Below are positions 49,023 through 61,393 of a DNA stretch of 64,000 nt, in pieces. The notes below the pieces were generated by a model. The model was given only the letters and a program-made list of their open reading frames with translations, was not told where the DNA came from and made no database searches. The DNA is from Sphyrna mokarran. Lineage: Eukaryota. Both the position numbers and the translations under genes were made by a program. The stretch is taken from contig JAGIQG010000004.1 in the NCBI GenBank assembly GCA_024679065.1, forward strand, positions 99,944,001 through 100,008,000. The letters run 5' to 3'. Position 1 is the stretch's first letter. Each line of letters begins with the position of its first letter.

Positions 49023-49649
49023 AGAATCCCTACAGACTGAGGAAGGCCATTTGGCCCAACAAGTCTACACCGACTTTACTGGACCTTCTTTTGGGTTTAA
49101 CGGTCAAAAAATTTATTTCCCAGCAATAGAATAAGCAAATAATAGAAGTACTATGACATTTTCATAAGTGTTAAGCTTAGCTAACTCCATGCAATGGAAA
49201 ATAATAATGGAATTTATTGGGAAAACTGCATTGATAATTTATCATACACAATGGGCCTCTTTTTTCTCATCAACCACAACATTATCTGACTTAAATAATT
49301 CTCATTCAGGGAGACTCTGTGATTTGATAAAAAAAGGTAGACTGTTAAGAACACTTCGAAAGAATTTCTAGGGTCATGTCATATTAAAATAATTGTTGAA
49401 TTAAAAAGGTCCATCAAACACATGTTTGAACAAAGCACATAGAAAATTCGTGTTTAAATTTGTGATTTGACTCTGCCAAGTCCCCAGTTTTATAAAACAA
49501 TTGTTGCAAAACAGGAGGAAAATAAGCTTGAACATTCTTCAGTGATTACCAAGCTAAATCTTAGATAACAATGTTTCATGTGGATTACATTGGACAATTG
49601 TTAATTGCAAAAAAAGACATCTTTAGTAACTTTTTTCATGATCTTTAAC

Positions 49650-49990
49650 ATAATGGCATAGTTGTGAGCACTGTTGTCTCACAGCACCAGGGACCTGGGT
49701 CGAATTCCAACCATGGGTCACTGTCTGTGTGGAGTGTGCACCTTCTCCCACATGGATTTCCACATGGATTTCCTCCTGCTGCTTCTGTTTCCACGCACAC
49801 TCCAAAATTGTGCGGGTGAGGTACATTGACAATGTTAAATTGCCTTTTAGTGTCCCAGGATATGTATGTTAGTGGGATTAGTGAGCTAAAAATGCAAAAT
49901 TATGGGGATAGGCCCTGGATAGGATTATTGTTGGTGCAGATGTGATGGGATGAATGGCCTCTTTCTGCATAGTAGGGATTCTATGATTCT
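49650..49990 (+). mobile_element. V-SINE type A (longer variant)
   Basis: B-box-like GGGTCGAATTCC, V core, tail GAATGGCCTCTTTCTGCATAGTAGGGATTCTATGATTCT. Confidence 0.88.
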
Positions 49991-50069
49991 AATATTAGAA
50001 CACAAATCAAAGAGAATTGATACTTTTTCTCTTTCCTATAATGGTGCTATGAATTTTGAAATATAGAAA

Positions 50070-50468
50070 CAAGAATGGATCTTCCATTCCCTTTACTCTG
50101 TTCCCCCATTCAGTTTCCTCATCCTTATTTAGTCACCTTTTCTCAAGTTTCCTCAATTTATTTCACAATAAATCATCAATCTCAGTTTTAAAACTAAAAA
50201 TTAATTCAGCATTTACAGCTTTTTGGTGGAGCAAGTTCAGATTTCCCTTACCCTGTGAAAAATGCTTCCTGATTTTGGCATAGCTGTAACTTTGAGAGCA
50301 TGCATTCTATTTTTGGATTCCTCACCAAAGGAAATAATTTCTCTGTGTCTATGTCATCAAATCTCCTGATCATTTTAAACACCTCAATTAGACAACTCCT
50401 CAATCTTCTAAACTCAAGAAAAGACAAGCTAAATTCTTGCAACCTGTGCTCATAAATTACCTGGTAAT
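50070..50468 (-). mobile_element. Old CR1 3' fragment
   Basis: Minus ORF LSFLEFRRLRSCLIEVFKMIRRFDDIDTEKLFPL. Confidence 0.8.
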
Positions 50469-50469
50469 C

Positions 50470-50680
50470 CAACACCAGGTTAAAGTCCAATGGGTTTATT
50501 TGGAATCATGAGCTTCCAGAATGCTGCTCCTTTATCCGATGAATGGGGAGGTCGGTTCACAAACATGGCATAAATAGACAAAGACACAATTGCACTCACC
50601 TGATGAAGGAGCAACTCTTTGAAAGTTCATGATTGCAAATAAATCTGTTGGATTTTAACCTAGTATTGTAAGACTTCTTA
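50470..50680. mobile_element. Penelope-like inverted pLTR pair with degenerate hammerhead motif
   Basis: AACACCAGGTTAAAGTCCAA...TTTATTTG inverted to CAAATAAATCTGTTGGATTTTAACCTAGTATT; CAC-CTGATGA-AGGAGC..CTCTTT-GAAAG at 50597-50625. Confidence 0.8.
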
Positions 50681-50682
50681 TA

Positions 50683-50958
50683 GTGTCATAAGTAGGCTTA
50701 CATTAACACTGCAATGAAGCTACTGTGAAAATCCCCAATTCTCATGCTCTAGGGCCTGGTCAGCAATACTGAGGGAGAATTTAGCATGGTCAGTGCAGCT
50801 AACCAGTACGTCTTTCAGGAAACTAGAGCACCCAGAGGAAACTCACATAGGCACAGGGAGAATGTGTAAACTCTGCAAAGACAGTAACCCAAGCTGGGAA
50901 TTGAACCTGGGTCCCTGGCACTATGAGGCAGCAGTGCTAAGCACTGTGCTACCATGCT
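50683..50958 (-). mobile_element. V-SINE type B
   Basis: GTGTCATAAGTAGGCTTACATTAACACTGCAATGAAG tail; head in reverse complement. Confidence 0.88.
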
Positions 50959-51398
50959 GGATGGATACCTCCTATTTTATTAAGGTTATAATTAATGAAG
51001 AATCCAAAATCCAGTAATGATTTGCTTTTCTCAAGCAGAAGAACATACCTTCTTTTCTCCTGATAGTTTTATTTTAGTTAAAGAAAATAACTTTGTTAGA
51101 CTTAAGAGTAGAAATCTGAAATAGCAAATGATTAAAAAAAAATCATCCATAGCTGCTAGTCTTCATCAATTGTGCTTAAGAATGGATTAGCTTGTTAACC
51201 AACTTCATATTATTCAACAAGAGAGAATCAAAGTACTCTATTGTTTTGTTGGTTTGTTATATATCAGACAAGACTGACAAAGTATTAATTTTCACAACAG
51301 CTTTCTGAAACAAACTTGAAGTGAAAAATACTTGGGTGATTGTAGGTTTAGCTTCCAATGTTCGCTAACAAATCTGCTTTCCTTTCCTTTGTTCACAG

Positions 51399-51572
51399 GT
51401 TGGCATTGAACAGCTGTTCTTCCAATAGGATGAGTTCCGGTAGTTCAGATGAGTTCTTTCAGTCAATGAATCATGCAGAACAAACATTTAGGAAAATGGA
51501 GAACTACCTCCAGCACAAACAACTGTGTGATGTTCTCTTGATTGCTGGAGATCACAAGATTCCTGCTCATCG
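51399..51572 (+). CDS. KLHL4: Kelch-like protein (KLHL4-like) coding exon: linker and BTB start
   Basis: Pyrimidine tract + CAG acceptor, CG|GTAAAG donor, 174 nt, phase 2-2; [62 protein letters not shown]1/4/5 family is secure; paralog call from recalled diagnostic residues (DVLLIAG). Confidence 0.9.
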
Positions 51573-53014
51573 GTAAAGTATGCAATCTATTTGATTGAAT
51601 TACAGGACCCATACAGTCAGTGTCAGTGCAATTTATTGCATTTAGACTCATATGGAATCATCAGTGCTGTTCAGTTGATGAACGCTAAAATGGTTCACTT
51701 TGAATCATTTTACCAAAGTACTCAATGATAAAATATTGGTTTAAGACAGGTCTTTCAAAATATTAGAAGTTTTATCACACTGTCTCATATCAACACTAAA
51801 TCCTTGCAAATAGAAATGCATCAAAACCCTAATAAAATAAAGAATATGAAAGGTAATCCAGAGCTAATGGTAAGATATCATCAAATTTGCAGCACTCTAA
51901 ACAAAAATATTGGAATTAAAATATTTATCTGGTGGCATATATTTATATGTCTTGTTTTTAATTAAAAGAAAATATTCTCATGGCATGTGTCACTGGCAAG
52001 GCCAGAAATTGTTGCTGTTCCCTATTTGCCCTTGTGTAAGATATGAATAAATACCAATTTAGGCTTTTGACATCAGGAATATTTGACAACATCAGTGATG
52101 GCATGAAACAAAGAGAAAAGGAAGAGGCATAATACCATGAAAGAAAGCTTCCAGGTTGCAGGTTTAAGTTATTCAATACACAGCATCAATATGTGTGCCA
52201 TGCTGTTGAATAAAATATCAGTGTATCTTATTGCCATGCAGATTGACTTAACAAATAAACTATTGCTAAGGGCGATAACAATATTGTGTCTGTATTTTTA
52301 GAACTATTTCAGGGAAAAAGGAAATCAATGTGACTTGATTTATTAAAAATGATAAAAAAGAAACAATGAAGTCCACTAAAAGTGTAATAGGCCACAAGTT
52401 AACAACAGGAATTAAACATTAAATCACTGTCCTCATTTCTCCTGAGCCCCTGTCTTAAATCTTTGGAAGTGCCAGATGGCAATGATTAAAGGCTTTTGGC
52501 TTAATGCTTGAAACATCAGTCCTTAAACAAAGCGTGGTCGATGATTGAATCCTATTTTTGCTGAACAAAGTTGATCTCATTATAAACTTACAACAGTGTA
52601 GAATTTCTTGATGTTTACATAATTAGCACTTCCTCTGGGACCACCTATTACTAGACACAATTTTAACTTGTGTTCATGACTTCCTTTACTGAATTGGCAG
52701 CAATTATAAATCTAAATTTCTCTATTTTGTATGTTGCTGCATAAGTAATGTAGTGCATTTTGACCAGAAATCAAAATGATACAGCAGAATGCAAATGTAT
52801 TAAACATAATTAAGTGGACTTTAAATAATTCTCCGGTGTGAAAACTCAATGGTTGTATAAAACCAATTAAAAACCATATAAAATATGTTTGATCCTAAAT
52901 TTTATTTTTAAGAAGTGCAGCTTTCAGACTAATGAAGTTGACAAAAAACATTAATGTGTGGTATTTGTTTCAAAGTTTTCAGCTTATCTCTTATGTCATC
53001 TTCATTGCTTTCAG

Positions 53015-53151
53015 GCTAGTTCTCAGTGCTGTTTCGGACTATTTTGCAGCCATGTTTACGAATGATGTACGTGAGGCTAAGCAAGAAGAGATTAAAATGG
53101 AGGGTGTCGACCCAGATGCACTTAAAGCACTTGTCCATTATGCTTACACAG
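53015..53151 (+). CDS. KLHL4: KLHL4-like coding exon, BTB domain
   Basis: TTTCAG|G acceptor, G|GTGACC donor, 137 nt; [46 protein letters not shown]; phases join both neighbours in frame. Confidence 0.92.
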
Positions 53152-54227
53152 GTGACCTGTAATGTTATATTTATAGATAACTTTGTTATCTATGTAACTT
53201 TGTTATCTTTGTTATATATCTTCGTTATCTATTCGCTTTGTAGCAAATGTCTATATTGGAGACAACCTCCATTTTAGATTTCCAGTAAAGGAAAAACAGT
53301 TACATTTCACAGAAAATCTGAATCAACTGTCTTGATCTGAATGTATTTCAAGGTACAGGATATATGCACTGAATTTTTTTTAAATGTTTGCTTCTGCGAA
53401 CACTTAAAATTGGGTTACGTTTCCTGTCTTGGAAAACTGTTAAATGCTCAAGTCCTGTTTCTGTGCTCTAGTACAACAAATCAAGAGTGTGATATATATT
53501 TATTTTGTTCTTATTTTTAACCATTTAACAAGCTTGTATGAATTACATGGTCAAAGATGTTAATAATTAAGGTAAGATTACTGTGCTTTTTACTTGGGTA
53601 ACTCAGTCCAAGTAATTTGTAAAAATATTGGATTTAAATAACAAATTCTTACTCATAGATCCCTTATGACATTTTCAAATATAACTTTTGGCTTGGATTT
53701 TCACTTTTGAGCCAACTTCCTGCTCCGCAAACCCAACTCAGCAGAAAGTGCCTTAGAAGCTTGGACTTTTGGTCCGTAACGGGATGGATGGAAATCAGAG
53801 TCATGGAAGGAGTGTGGAAGCTGTGCACCAGCGCTGTGAGGAAGTTTTAACATTGGGATTCCCATTATATCATTGGCAAGAGGTGGGGATAATTAGAATG
53901 TAAAATCTCATTGCCATAAACCACATTTTTGGACTCCCTGGAATTTCCCATCCCATGAATCGTCCAACTCTCTGAAAATGGAAATGGAAACCCCGCTCCC
54001 CACAATATATTTATATATTTCCTTCAACTATATAATTTCTTAAAAAAAAAGCATACTCTCAAGTGCTGATTTTTTTATAAAAGCGAACATTGAAATTCAT
54101 GGCTCCATTCTTCAAGGAATCCAGAACCATGTGTACCTGTAGTTCAAACTGTGAAATGACAGGCAACTTACAGTGATAATGGAAGGTTATGAAATCAGTT
54201 ATGCAACATTAATCTAGTAATTCCCCA

Positions 54228-55665
54228 ATCCTAAATTGGAAAATAACCAATATTGTTCCTTTATTCAAGAAGGATGGCAAGAATAATCACGGTAATTACA
54301 GGCCGGTGAGCCTTACACCAGTGGTAGGGAAGTTATTGGGGAGGATTCTTTGAGACATGATTTACTCCCACTTGGAAATAAGTAGACATATTAGCGAGAG
54401 GCAACATGATTTTGTTAGAAGGAGGTCATGTCTCACTAATTTACTGAATTTCTCAAGGAAGTGATGGAGATGGTTGAGGGTAGGGCAGTGGATGTTGACT
54501 ATATGAACTTCAGTATGTCCTTTGACAAGGTCCCTCATGGCAGAAAAGTGCAGAAGATGAAGTCTCATGGGATCAGAAGTGATCTGGCAAGGTGATACAG
54601 AATGGCTCAGTAATAGAAGACAGAGGATAGCAGTAGGAGAGAGTGCCTTTCTGAATGGAAGGCTGTGACAACTGGCATTCCTCAGGGATCAGTGTTGTGA
54701 CCTTTGCTGTTTGTAATATATAAATGATTTGGAGGAAAATGTAATTGGTTTGATTAGTAAGTTTGCAAATGACACTATATTGGTGGATTTACAGGTAGCG
54801 ATGAGGACCGTTAGAGGATACAGCAGGATGTAGATCAGTTGGAGACTTGGGTGGAGAGATGGCAGATAGAATGAGGTAATGCATCTTGGAAGGTCTAACA
54901 CAGATAGCAAAGATACAGTAAATGGCAGAACCCCTAAGAGTGTTGATAGGCAGGGGGAGTTAGGTGTACAGGTACACAGATCACTGAAAGTGGCAAGTAG
55001 GTGGAGAAGATAGTCAAGAAGACATACAATATTCCAGGACATGCTTGATTTCATTGGCTGGGGCATTGAGTTTAAAAATTGGTAAATCATGTTGCAGCTT
55101 TATAGAATCTTAGTTAGGCTGCCCTTTGTATATAATGTTCAATTCTGGTCGCCACACTATCCGAAGGATTTGGAGGCTTTGGAGAGGTTACAGAAAAGAT
55201 TTACCAGGATGTTGCCTGGTATGAAGGGTATTAGCTATAAGGAGAGGTTGGAGAAATTTGGTTTGTTCTCACTGGAATGATGGCGGTTGAGCATTGACCT
55301 GGTAGGAGTCTACAAGATTATGAGGGGCACGGACAGATGGATAGTCAGAAGATTTTTCCCAAGGTGGAAGAGTCAATAACTTGGCAGCATAGGTTTAAGG
55401 TGCGAGGGGCAAGGTTTAAAGGAGATGTACGAGGCATGTTTTTAACACAGAGGGTGGTGGGTACCTGGAACTCACTGCTGGGGGAAGTAGTGATGGCAGA
55501 TATGATAGTGACTTTTAAGGAGCGTCATGATAAATACGTGAATAGAATGGGAATAGAGGGATATTATCCCTGGAAGGGTAGGAGGTTTTAGTTCAGTCAG
55601 GCAGGATGGTCAGTGCAGGCTTGGAGGGCTGAAGAGTCTGTTCGTGTAATTTTCTTTGTTTTTTG
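54228..55665 (+). mobile_element. CR1 LINE ORF2 RT to 3' end (~1.4 kb, frameshifted)
   Basis: NIVPLFKK..NYRPVSLT, RSCLTNL, IPQGSV, MLQLYRILVR..QFWSPH, FLTQRVVGTWNSL; CR1 tail near 55620-55660. Confidence 0.92.
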
Positions 55666-55867
55666 TAATCGTGGCTCTCCAGCTTAAGTTAACACCAGAC
55701 TGAAATAGCAAACAACCATTTATTTTAACACCCCACACAGATCTCTTTTCAAAGATTTAAAAAGAAATTGTTTCAAAACCTTAACAATTGTTTTTTACAA
55801 CTCTTGTGACAGTTTCAGTGAGTTCATACACATTTTACATACACTAATGTCCATTTTAAAAAAAAAT

Positions 55868-56130
55868 ATTTATTAGTCACAAGTAAGACTTACATTAACA
55901 CTATAATGAAGTTACAGCGAAATTCCCCTCGGTGCCACACTTCGGCACCTGTCCGGGTCAATGCACCCAATCAGCACATCTTTCAAACTGTGGGAGGAAA
56001 CTGGAGCACCCAAAGGAAACTCAAGCAGACATGAGAAGGACATGCAAACTCCACACAGACAGTGACCCACACTGAATCAAACTGGGATCCTTATCACAGT
56101 GAAGCAGCAGTGCTAACCACTGTGCCACCG
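55868..56130 (-). mobile_element. V-SINE type B
   Basis: Type B tail, V core and head in reverse complement. Confidence 0.88.
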
Positions 56131-56235
56131 TTCTCTAACAATCACAAAGGATACCTTACCACTCAAATTGCCACTTATCTCCACCAAAGGGCAATTTATT
56201 TCTTCCAAAGGTGTCATGGGACCATATCCAAAAGG

Positions 56236-56735
56236 ACCTGGTCTGGCTTATATGTGACTCCACAGCTATAGCAATGTGATTAACCTTCAATTGGCCTCTG
56301 AAATGACCTAGCAAGGCACTAAGTTGTATCAATCACTATAAAGTTTCAATGAAGAAATGAAATTGGATGGACCTCCTGTCATTCACCTAGGCATCTAAAA
56401 AGATAACAACAAAATAAACAGCCTTGTCGATGCTGCAAAGTCTTCCTTATTAATATCTGGGGACCAAAATTGGGAGACTTGTCTTACAGACTAGTCAGGC
56501 AACAATCTGACATAATCATTTTCACAGCATCCTAGACATCACCATTACTATCTCTGGCAGGACAGACTCAGCAGGGGTGGCTAGCTTTACAGTAATATAA
56601 TCAGGAAGAATTGCTTGGGAGTCCTGAACACCGAGTCCAGATCCCATGAAGTTTCATGGCTTCAGGTTAAACATGGGCAAGAAAACCTCTTACTAGTTAC
56701 AATGTACAGTCCTCCTTCAGCTGATGAATCAATAC
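56236..56735 (+). mobile_element. 5' end of a LINE: short leader then AP-endonuclease N-terminus
   Basis: Degenerate NIWG..KLG.LS.RLVRQQSDIIIFT...QDRLSRGG...HEVSWLQVKHGQENLLLVTMYSPPSADES; leader matches the type C SINE body. Confidence 0.78.
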
Positions 56736-57470
56736 CCCAGGAAAGGAGGTGATACACATGTCCTTAGTCTGCTGTACATTACCAACTATATCTCACACTA
56801 GATTTGAAATAGTGCACATGGGTAGTACCATCTGCTACAGAGATTCAGTCTGCTTGTTTGCAGTTGGGAGATTAAGGAGGAATGAGGGTCAAAGTTTTTG
56901 ATAAAAGCAAAATAAAGGCAAGGCTCAAAACATTGATTCTATCCTCTCTCAGCAGATGCTGAGTTTCTCCAGTATTTTCTGTTTTTGTTCCAAAACTAAT
57001 GAGATGTATTGGGAAGATATTGAAACATTTGGCAGGAGGAATGCGAAAGTTTGCAACTTTTTAAAGAAACAATTGTCTTCGTTATGTGTTAGCTACATCA
57101 TCAAATTTATCTTTATAGGATATAAATTACTGAGTGTAAAAGTGTTTTTTTTTGAAAAGATTACCGAAATGTAACTGGCAGATTTATTGCTGCTGTTGAA
57201 AAATGAAGTAAACAATTAGAAAGAAATATATACTTTAAATGTTCTGCTTAATAAAATGGTAACAAAAAAATCTACTCAGTCTCTTCAAGGGAAATAACTT
57301 TTTTTCAAATTTGTCAGTTGTTTATGAATTGTACTAACTCAAAATATTCGGATGTAGAGCTGGGACTCAAATAAATGGGTCCAAGATGTTGAAATTGGAA
57401 TGACTCTCAGAATAAAATAATAGCACTTCATCCACATTGCTCTTGATTGGTTCCGCTGCTTATTTTACAG

Positions 57471-57667
57471 GCCTCTTGGAACTGAAAGAGGAAACTATAG
57501 AGAGCTTATTGGCTGCAGCATGTCTTCTCCAGCTCTCTCAAGTGGTGGACGTATGCTGCAACTTCCTCATGAAACAGCTCCATCCATCCAATTGTTTGGG
57601 AATAAGATCCTTTGCTGACGCTCAAGGCTGCATGAATCTGCTAAATGTGGCCCATAGCTATACTACG
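57471..57667 (+). CDS. KLHL4: KLHL4-like coding exon, BTB end and BACK start
   Basis: TTTTACAG acceptor, ACG|GTAAGA donor, 197 nt; [65 protein letters not shown]. Confidence 0.92.
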
Positions 57668-57763
57668 GTAAGATTATCAAAGATTGATGCCAGTTTTTGT
57701 AGCTATTTCTGAAGGCAGTTCCTGAGAGAGAATTCCCAAGTTGTTGTGGTGGTGGTGGGCGAG

Positions 57764-57796
57764 GTGTGTGTGTGTGTGTGTGTGTGTGTTGTGTGT

Positions 57797-57850
<54 letters not shown>
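57764..57850. repeat. Interrupted (GT)n microsatellite
   Basis: Direct reading, about 40 GT units with two interruptions. Confidence 0.97.
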
Positions 57851-57853
<3 letters not shown>

Positions 57854-58374
57854 AATGCAATCAATGTCCTAAAATCTGAACGCAGAGTAGGAAATTATTG
57901 CACATAATTACATTGATTGGTTATCTAATGTCTGTCCAAGTGAGGAAGTCACCAAATATTTAAGCATAAAACCATTGTTGCGTTTAGTTCATTAAGCAAC
58001 TCTCTAAAATTAATGCATGCAAACGTTTTTAAACAATAAATGTTGTAGCTAAGATCGTGGAAACAACTTGTTTTGCTGTTTTCTACATTTTTCACTACAC
58101 TATAGGAATGAATGTGAAATAGACAGCAGAATTCCAGTTAACAAAGGACTTTGCTTTAAATTGACTTGAGTCTATAAACTTCCTTCAGATAATTTTCACA
58201 GTATTTCTTGCAGGCAGAGAATGCTACATTGTGTCTTTCAGTGTGGCATTAAAGAATTTGCTAAAAGGAGTTTTTAATTTGCATTAAAACCATACGTCAA
58301 TCCTCCCTCATCTGTGTACTTGCTGACGTACATGATTTCCCATTTAAACAATGCCTTGATTTTAAAATTCTCAT

Positions 58375-58570
58375 TTAGTTTTCAAATCCCTCTATTGGCA
58401 GGTCCTTCCATATCTCTGTCATCTCCTCCAGCTCAAAAAAACCCTCTCAGATATCTGCACTCCTCTAATTCGAATCTCCCCTAAGTATCCCTGATTTTAA
58501 TGGCTCCATCACTGGGGGCCATGCCTTCAGTTATCTCGGCTCTAAGCTCTGGAGTTCCCTCCGTAAAACC
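58375..58570 (+). mobile_element. Old L2 LINE 3' fragment
   Basis: FKSL..PYLCHLLQ...LHSSN...GGHAFSYLGSKLWSSL-like motifs. Confidence 0.72.
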
Positions 58571-58673
58571 AATTGTTTTCCAATGGGCATTGTTGGTCTG
58601 CTCTTGTTTATGGTATCATTATGGAAACACTTAATAATTGTCAATAGTTGTCCAACCATGGTATTCAAACCAT

Positions 58674-58810
58674 GGCTGGGATTCTCTGGTCTTGCCCATG
58701 GCTGGGAAACTCTGGTCCCGCTGCAGCGAGTGGAGTTTTGACTAATCACGAGATTCTCTGTGCTTGCTGACAGCAGTGGCAAGGGTGAACAACGTTAGAG
58801 AATTCCAGCC
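58674..58810. mobile_element. ~137-bp MITE
   Basis: GGCTGGGATTCTCT ... AGAGAATTCCAGCC TIRs; homologous to 36119-36254. Confidence 0.82.
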
Positions 58811-58959
58811 AGCTTATTAAATGGTTGCAGTGATTTCAGTAAATTGGTGATAAAGTATCAGTTCTGTAAGTCTACGTAGGCTTGATGGATTTCTCTTATT
58901 CCATAGCCCATCTTAGAGACTTCAGCAGATAATGTACTCCAGGATTGAGCTGGCCAGCA

Positions 58960-59192
58960 AAATGTAGTGTGACAGCTTTGGGCCATTGTGCATGTGCAGA
59001 GGCCCGAAATTGTCAGACTCTGGCGTGAATCAGCCCCAACCCTTGAGCTTTTAATGATATTCACGATTGTGACCTCTGCATTGCACAGATTGTGGGAGAT
59101 TCAAATATGAACTCGCACTAAAAAAACAATCATGAATTACACCATTTTTCTTGCCAATCCAGCATTTAGAATTTTTTGGGAGAATCAGGCCC
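58960..59192. mobile_element. One end of a Harbinger-type element abutting the 3' half of a V-SINE
   Basis: Ends GCATTTAGAATTTTTTGGGAGAATCAGGCCC|TTA, followed by type A SINE 3' half (59193-59335); left boundary uncertain. Confidence 0.65.
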
Positions 59193-59894
59193 TTACAGTC
59201 TCAAGAATGGGGAATTAGCGGGTACATATGTGGGATTATGGGGATGGATCTTGATATGATGTCCTGTTGGAGAATTGGTGTAGACTGGATGAGCTGAAAT
59301 TCTTTTTTCTGCACTGTAGTAATTCAATATTCTATGCTTGCAAAGAAGAACAGTTAACTCTCGTGGCTTGACCAACATTTACTCCTCATTCTACATAACC
59401 AAAACAGATAATTTGATTGTTACCATAATGATGTTGTAGAATTTTGCACTTCGAAAGTACTTCATTCATTATAAAGTGCTTTTGGACATCCTGAGGTTGT
59501 GAAAGGCATTATGTAAATAATTTCCTTTTTTAGTACAGCATCATTGAAATTGAACTTAAAAAAAGGGGAGAAAGTAGACAACTGAGTCATGAAGGAATCA
59601 AATAGATACAAATGGATAAGCAGAAAATAAAAATTGTAAAAGAAAAAAGTGATAACTTGAGGGAAATTTTGTGCAATGTTAATTAAAATGGGAAATATTA
59701 GAACATTTAAATGTTACATAATGTTCAAATAATTTTGTCTAAATATGACCCTGAATACTGAAGTAAGATTCCTGTGCTATATCAGTAGTGCTACAGGTTA
59801 TGCTGACTTCATTTGAATTAGTGGAAGCAATGACATTTATTTATATTGTGAAAAGCAACATACTGAGGGCACATTATTTGGCCATCACAAGTCA

Positions 59895-60100
59895 TCTGAA
59901 TCTTCTCTTCTCTAAGGAGAACTGCCCCAGCTTCTCCAATATATCCATATAACTGAAGTCCCTCGACCTCTTCTCTGAGAAAAACAGCTCCAGCTTCTCC
60001 AATCTATCCATATAACCGGAGTCCCGTAACCTTGGACCCATTCTCAGAAATCTTACCTGCACACTCTCGAAACCTTCACAACCTTCCTAAAGTGGGGTGC
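59895..60100 (-). mobile_element. CR1 fragment with ~63-bp tandem duplication
   Basis: CTCTTCTCT...CCAGCTTCTCCAAT.TATCCATATAAC.G.AGTCCC occurs twice in tandem. Confidence 0.7.
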
Positions 60101-60244
60101 TCGGGGGAAGTGTCAGAGAAACAAGAATAAGGTGACAGTAAATAATATAATACAGTGGACAGGAGTAATTTTAGGGATGATACAAAGTACAGGAGTTAAG
60201 GAGTAAATCTGTCACTAACTTCAGAATTGAAATGAAACATAGTG

Positions 60245-61393
60245 GGGGGGAATTCTCCCAAAAAATTTCTAAGTGCCGAATTTCAATGAAAACTGGAGTA
60301 ATTCATTCAGTTTTGTCTTCATTGGGAGTTCAGAGAAGGATCTCCCACACTCTGTGCACTGCAAAGGTCACCAGCATGAATATCATTATATTTCAAGGGT
60401 GGAGCTTATCCCCACTGGAGAGGCTTAAATCAGTGTGTTGAGTGGGCCACTGCTCTGTTGGTGCCAAGATCAGGGCCTGCACTGCTGTCCTCCTGACTGC
60501 TTGCCAGCTCAATCGCTGGCCAGCCTTGCAACCCTTTCAATTCTGGCTCTCTGATCCCCCTTCCCAAACTCCATCCCCCCAATTTCCTGTTTGCTGCCAC
60601 CCACAACCATTCCTAGGCCCAGCTCAGATCCTCACCCTCCTGACTGCTGCGATCTCCAGCTCCTCCCACCCTTGATAGTAACGCCCTCCCCCGCGCCGCA
60701 GTCCTGACCCTCCCTGTAGTGCTGACCCCCCCCTCCCACTGCAGGCTGACGATATCCCCCACCAAACAGCCCACTCAGATCGCTGGCCTCTCTCCGTGCC
60801 CCATCAATCCTGACTGCAGAGTGGCAGTGGGAGCCCCCATCCCTACTGATTGCCCCATCAGCCCCACTCCTATGAGCCCCTCAGGCCCTGCCCCCATGTA
60901 CCCTGTCTCCTTGTCACTGGCCTATGCCTGATGGGCTGCGCCAAGGTGCCCCCTGGGCATTGGCACTTTGCCCCTTGGGCAGTGCCAGGGGCCCAGACTG
61001 GCACTTACAGGTTGTCAATGCCCAGGGGGACACCATCTCTCAACCCCTGGGAGAGCCCAAATGCTTTCCCTTCATTCCAGTGGGGTCAGGCCGCTAGCTC
61101 CCCGAAACTGAAGAGCTACTATAATCCTCGCAAGAGTGGAACACCATGGTGGGATGGGAGCTGCTCACGGACCCAGAGGCTTCAGTCCCGGGCTTGCCAA
61201 TGATATTGAAATAATATTAAAATTACCATTTAAATGGTCTGTTTGTCTCACCCAAATTCTGGTGTTGAACAGATGCATCTGGGAGACATAAGCAGGATAT
61301 GAACACTCAGACACACCCCGCGAATCAGCCAGTGCGGATTCTCCCGGCCCGATGTGCTAAAAAGAAGCGCAGTGAGATGGGAGAATTATGGCC
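60245..61393. mobile_element. Non-autonomous Harbinger-type element with C-rich interior
   Basis: GGGGGGAATTCTCCCA ... TGGGAGAATTATGGCC; subterminal TTCTAAGTGCCGAATTT shared with the 4563 and 59192 ends. Confidence 0.75.

Noticed and set aside
57663-57860. His-Thr repeat ORF
   Set aside because: Translation of the (CA)n strand of the microsatellite.
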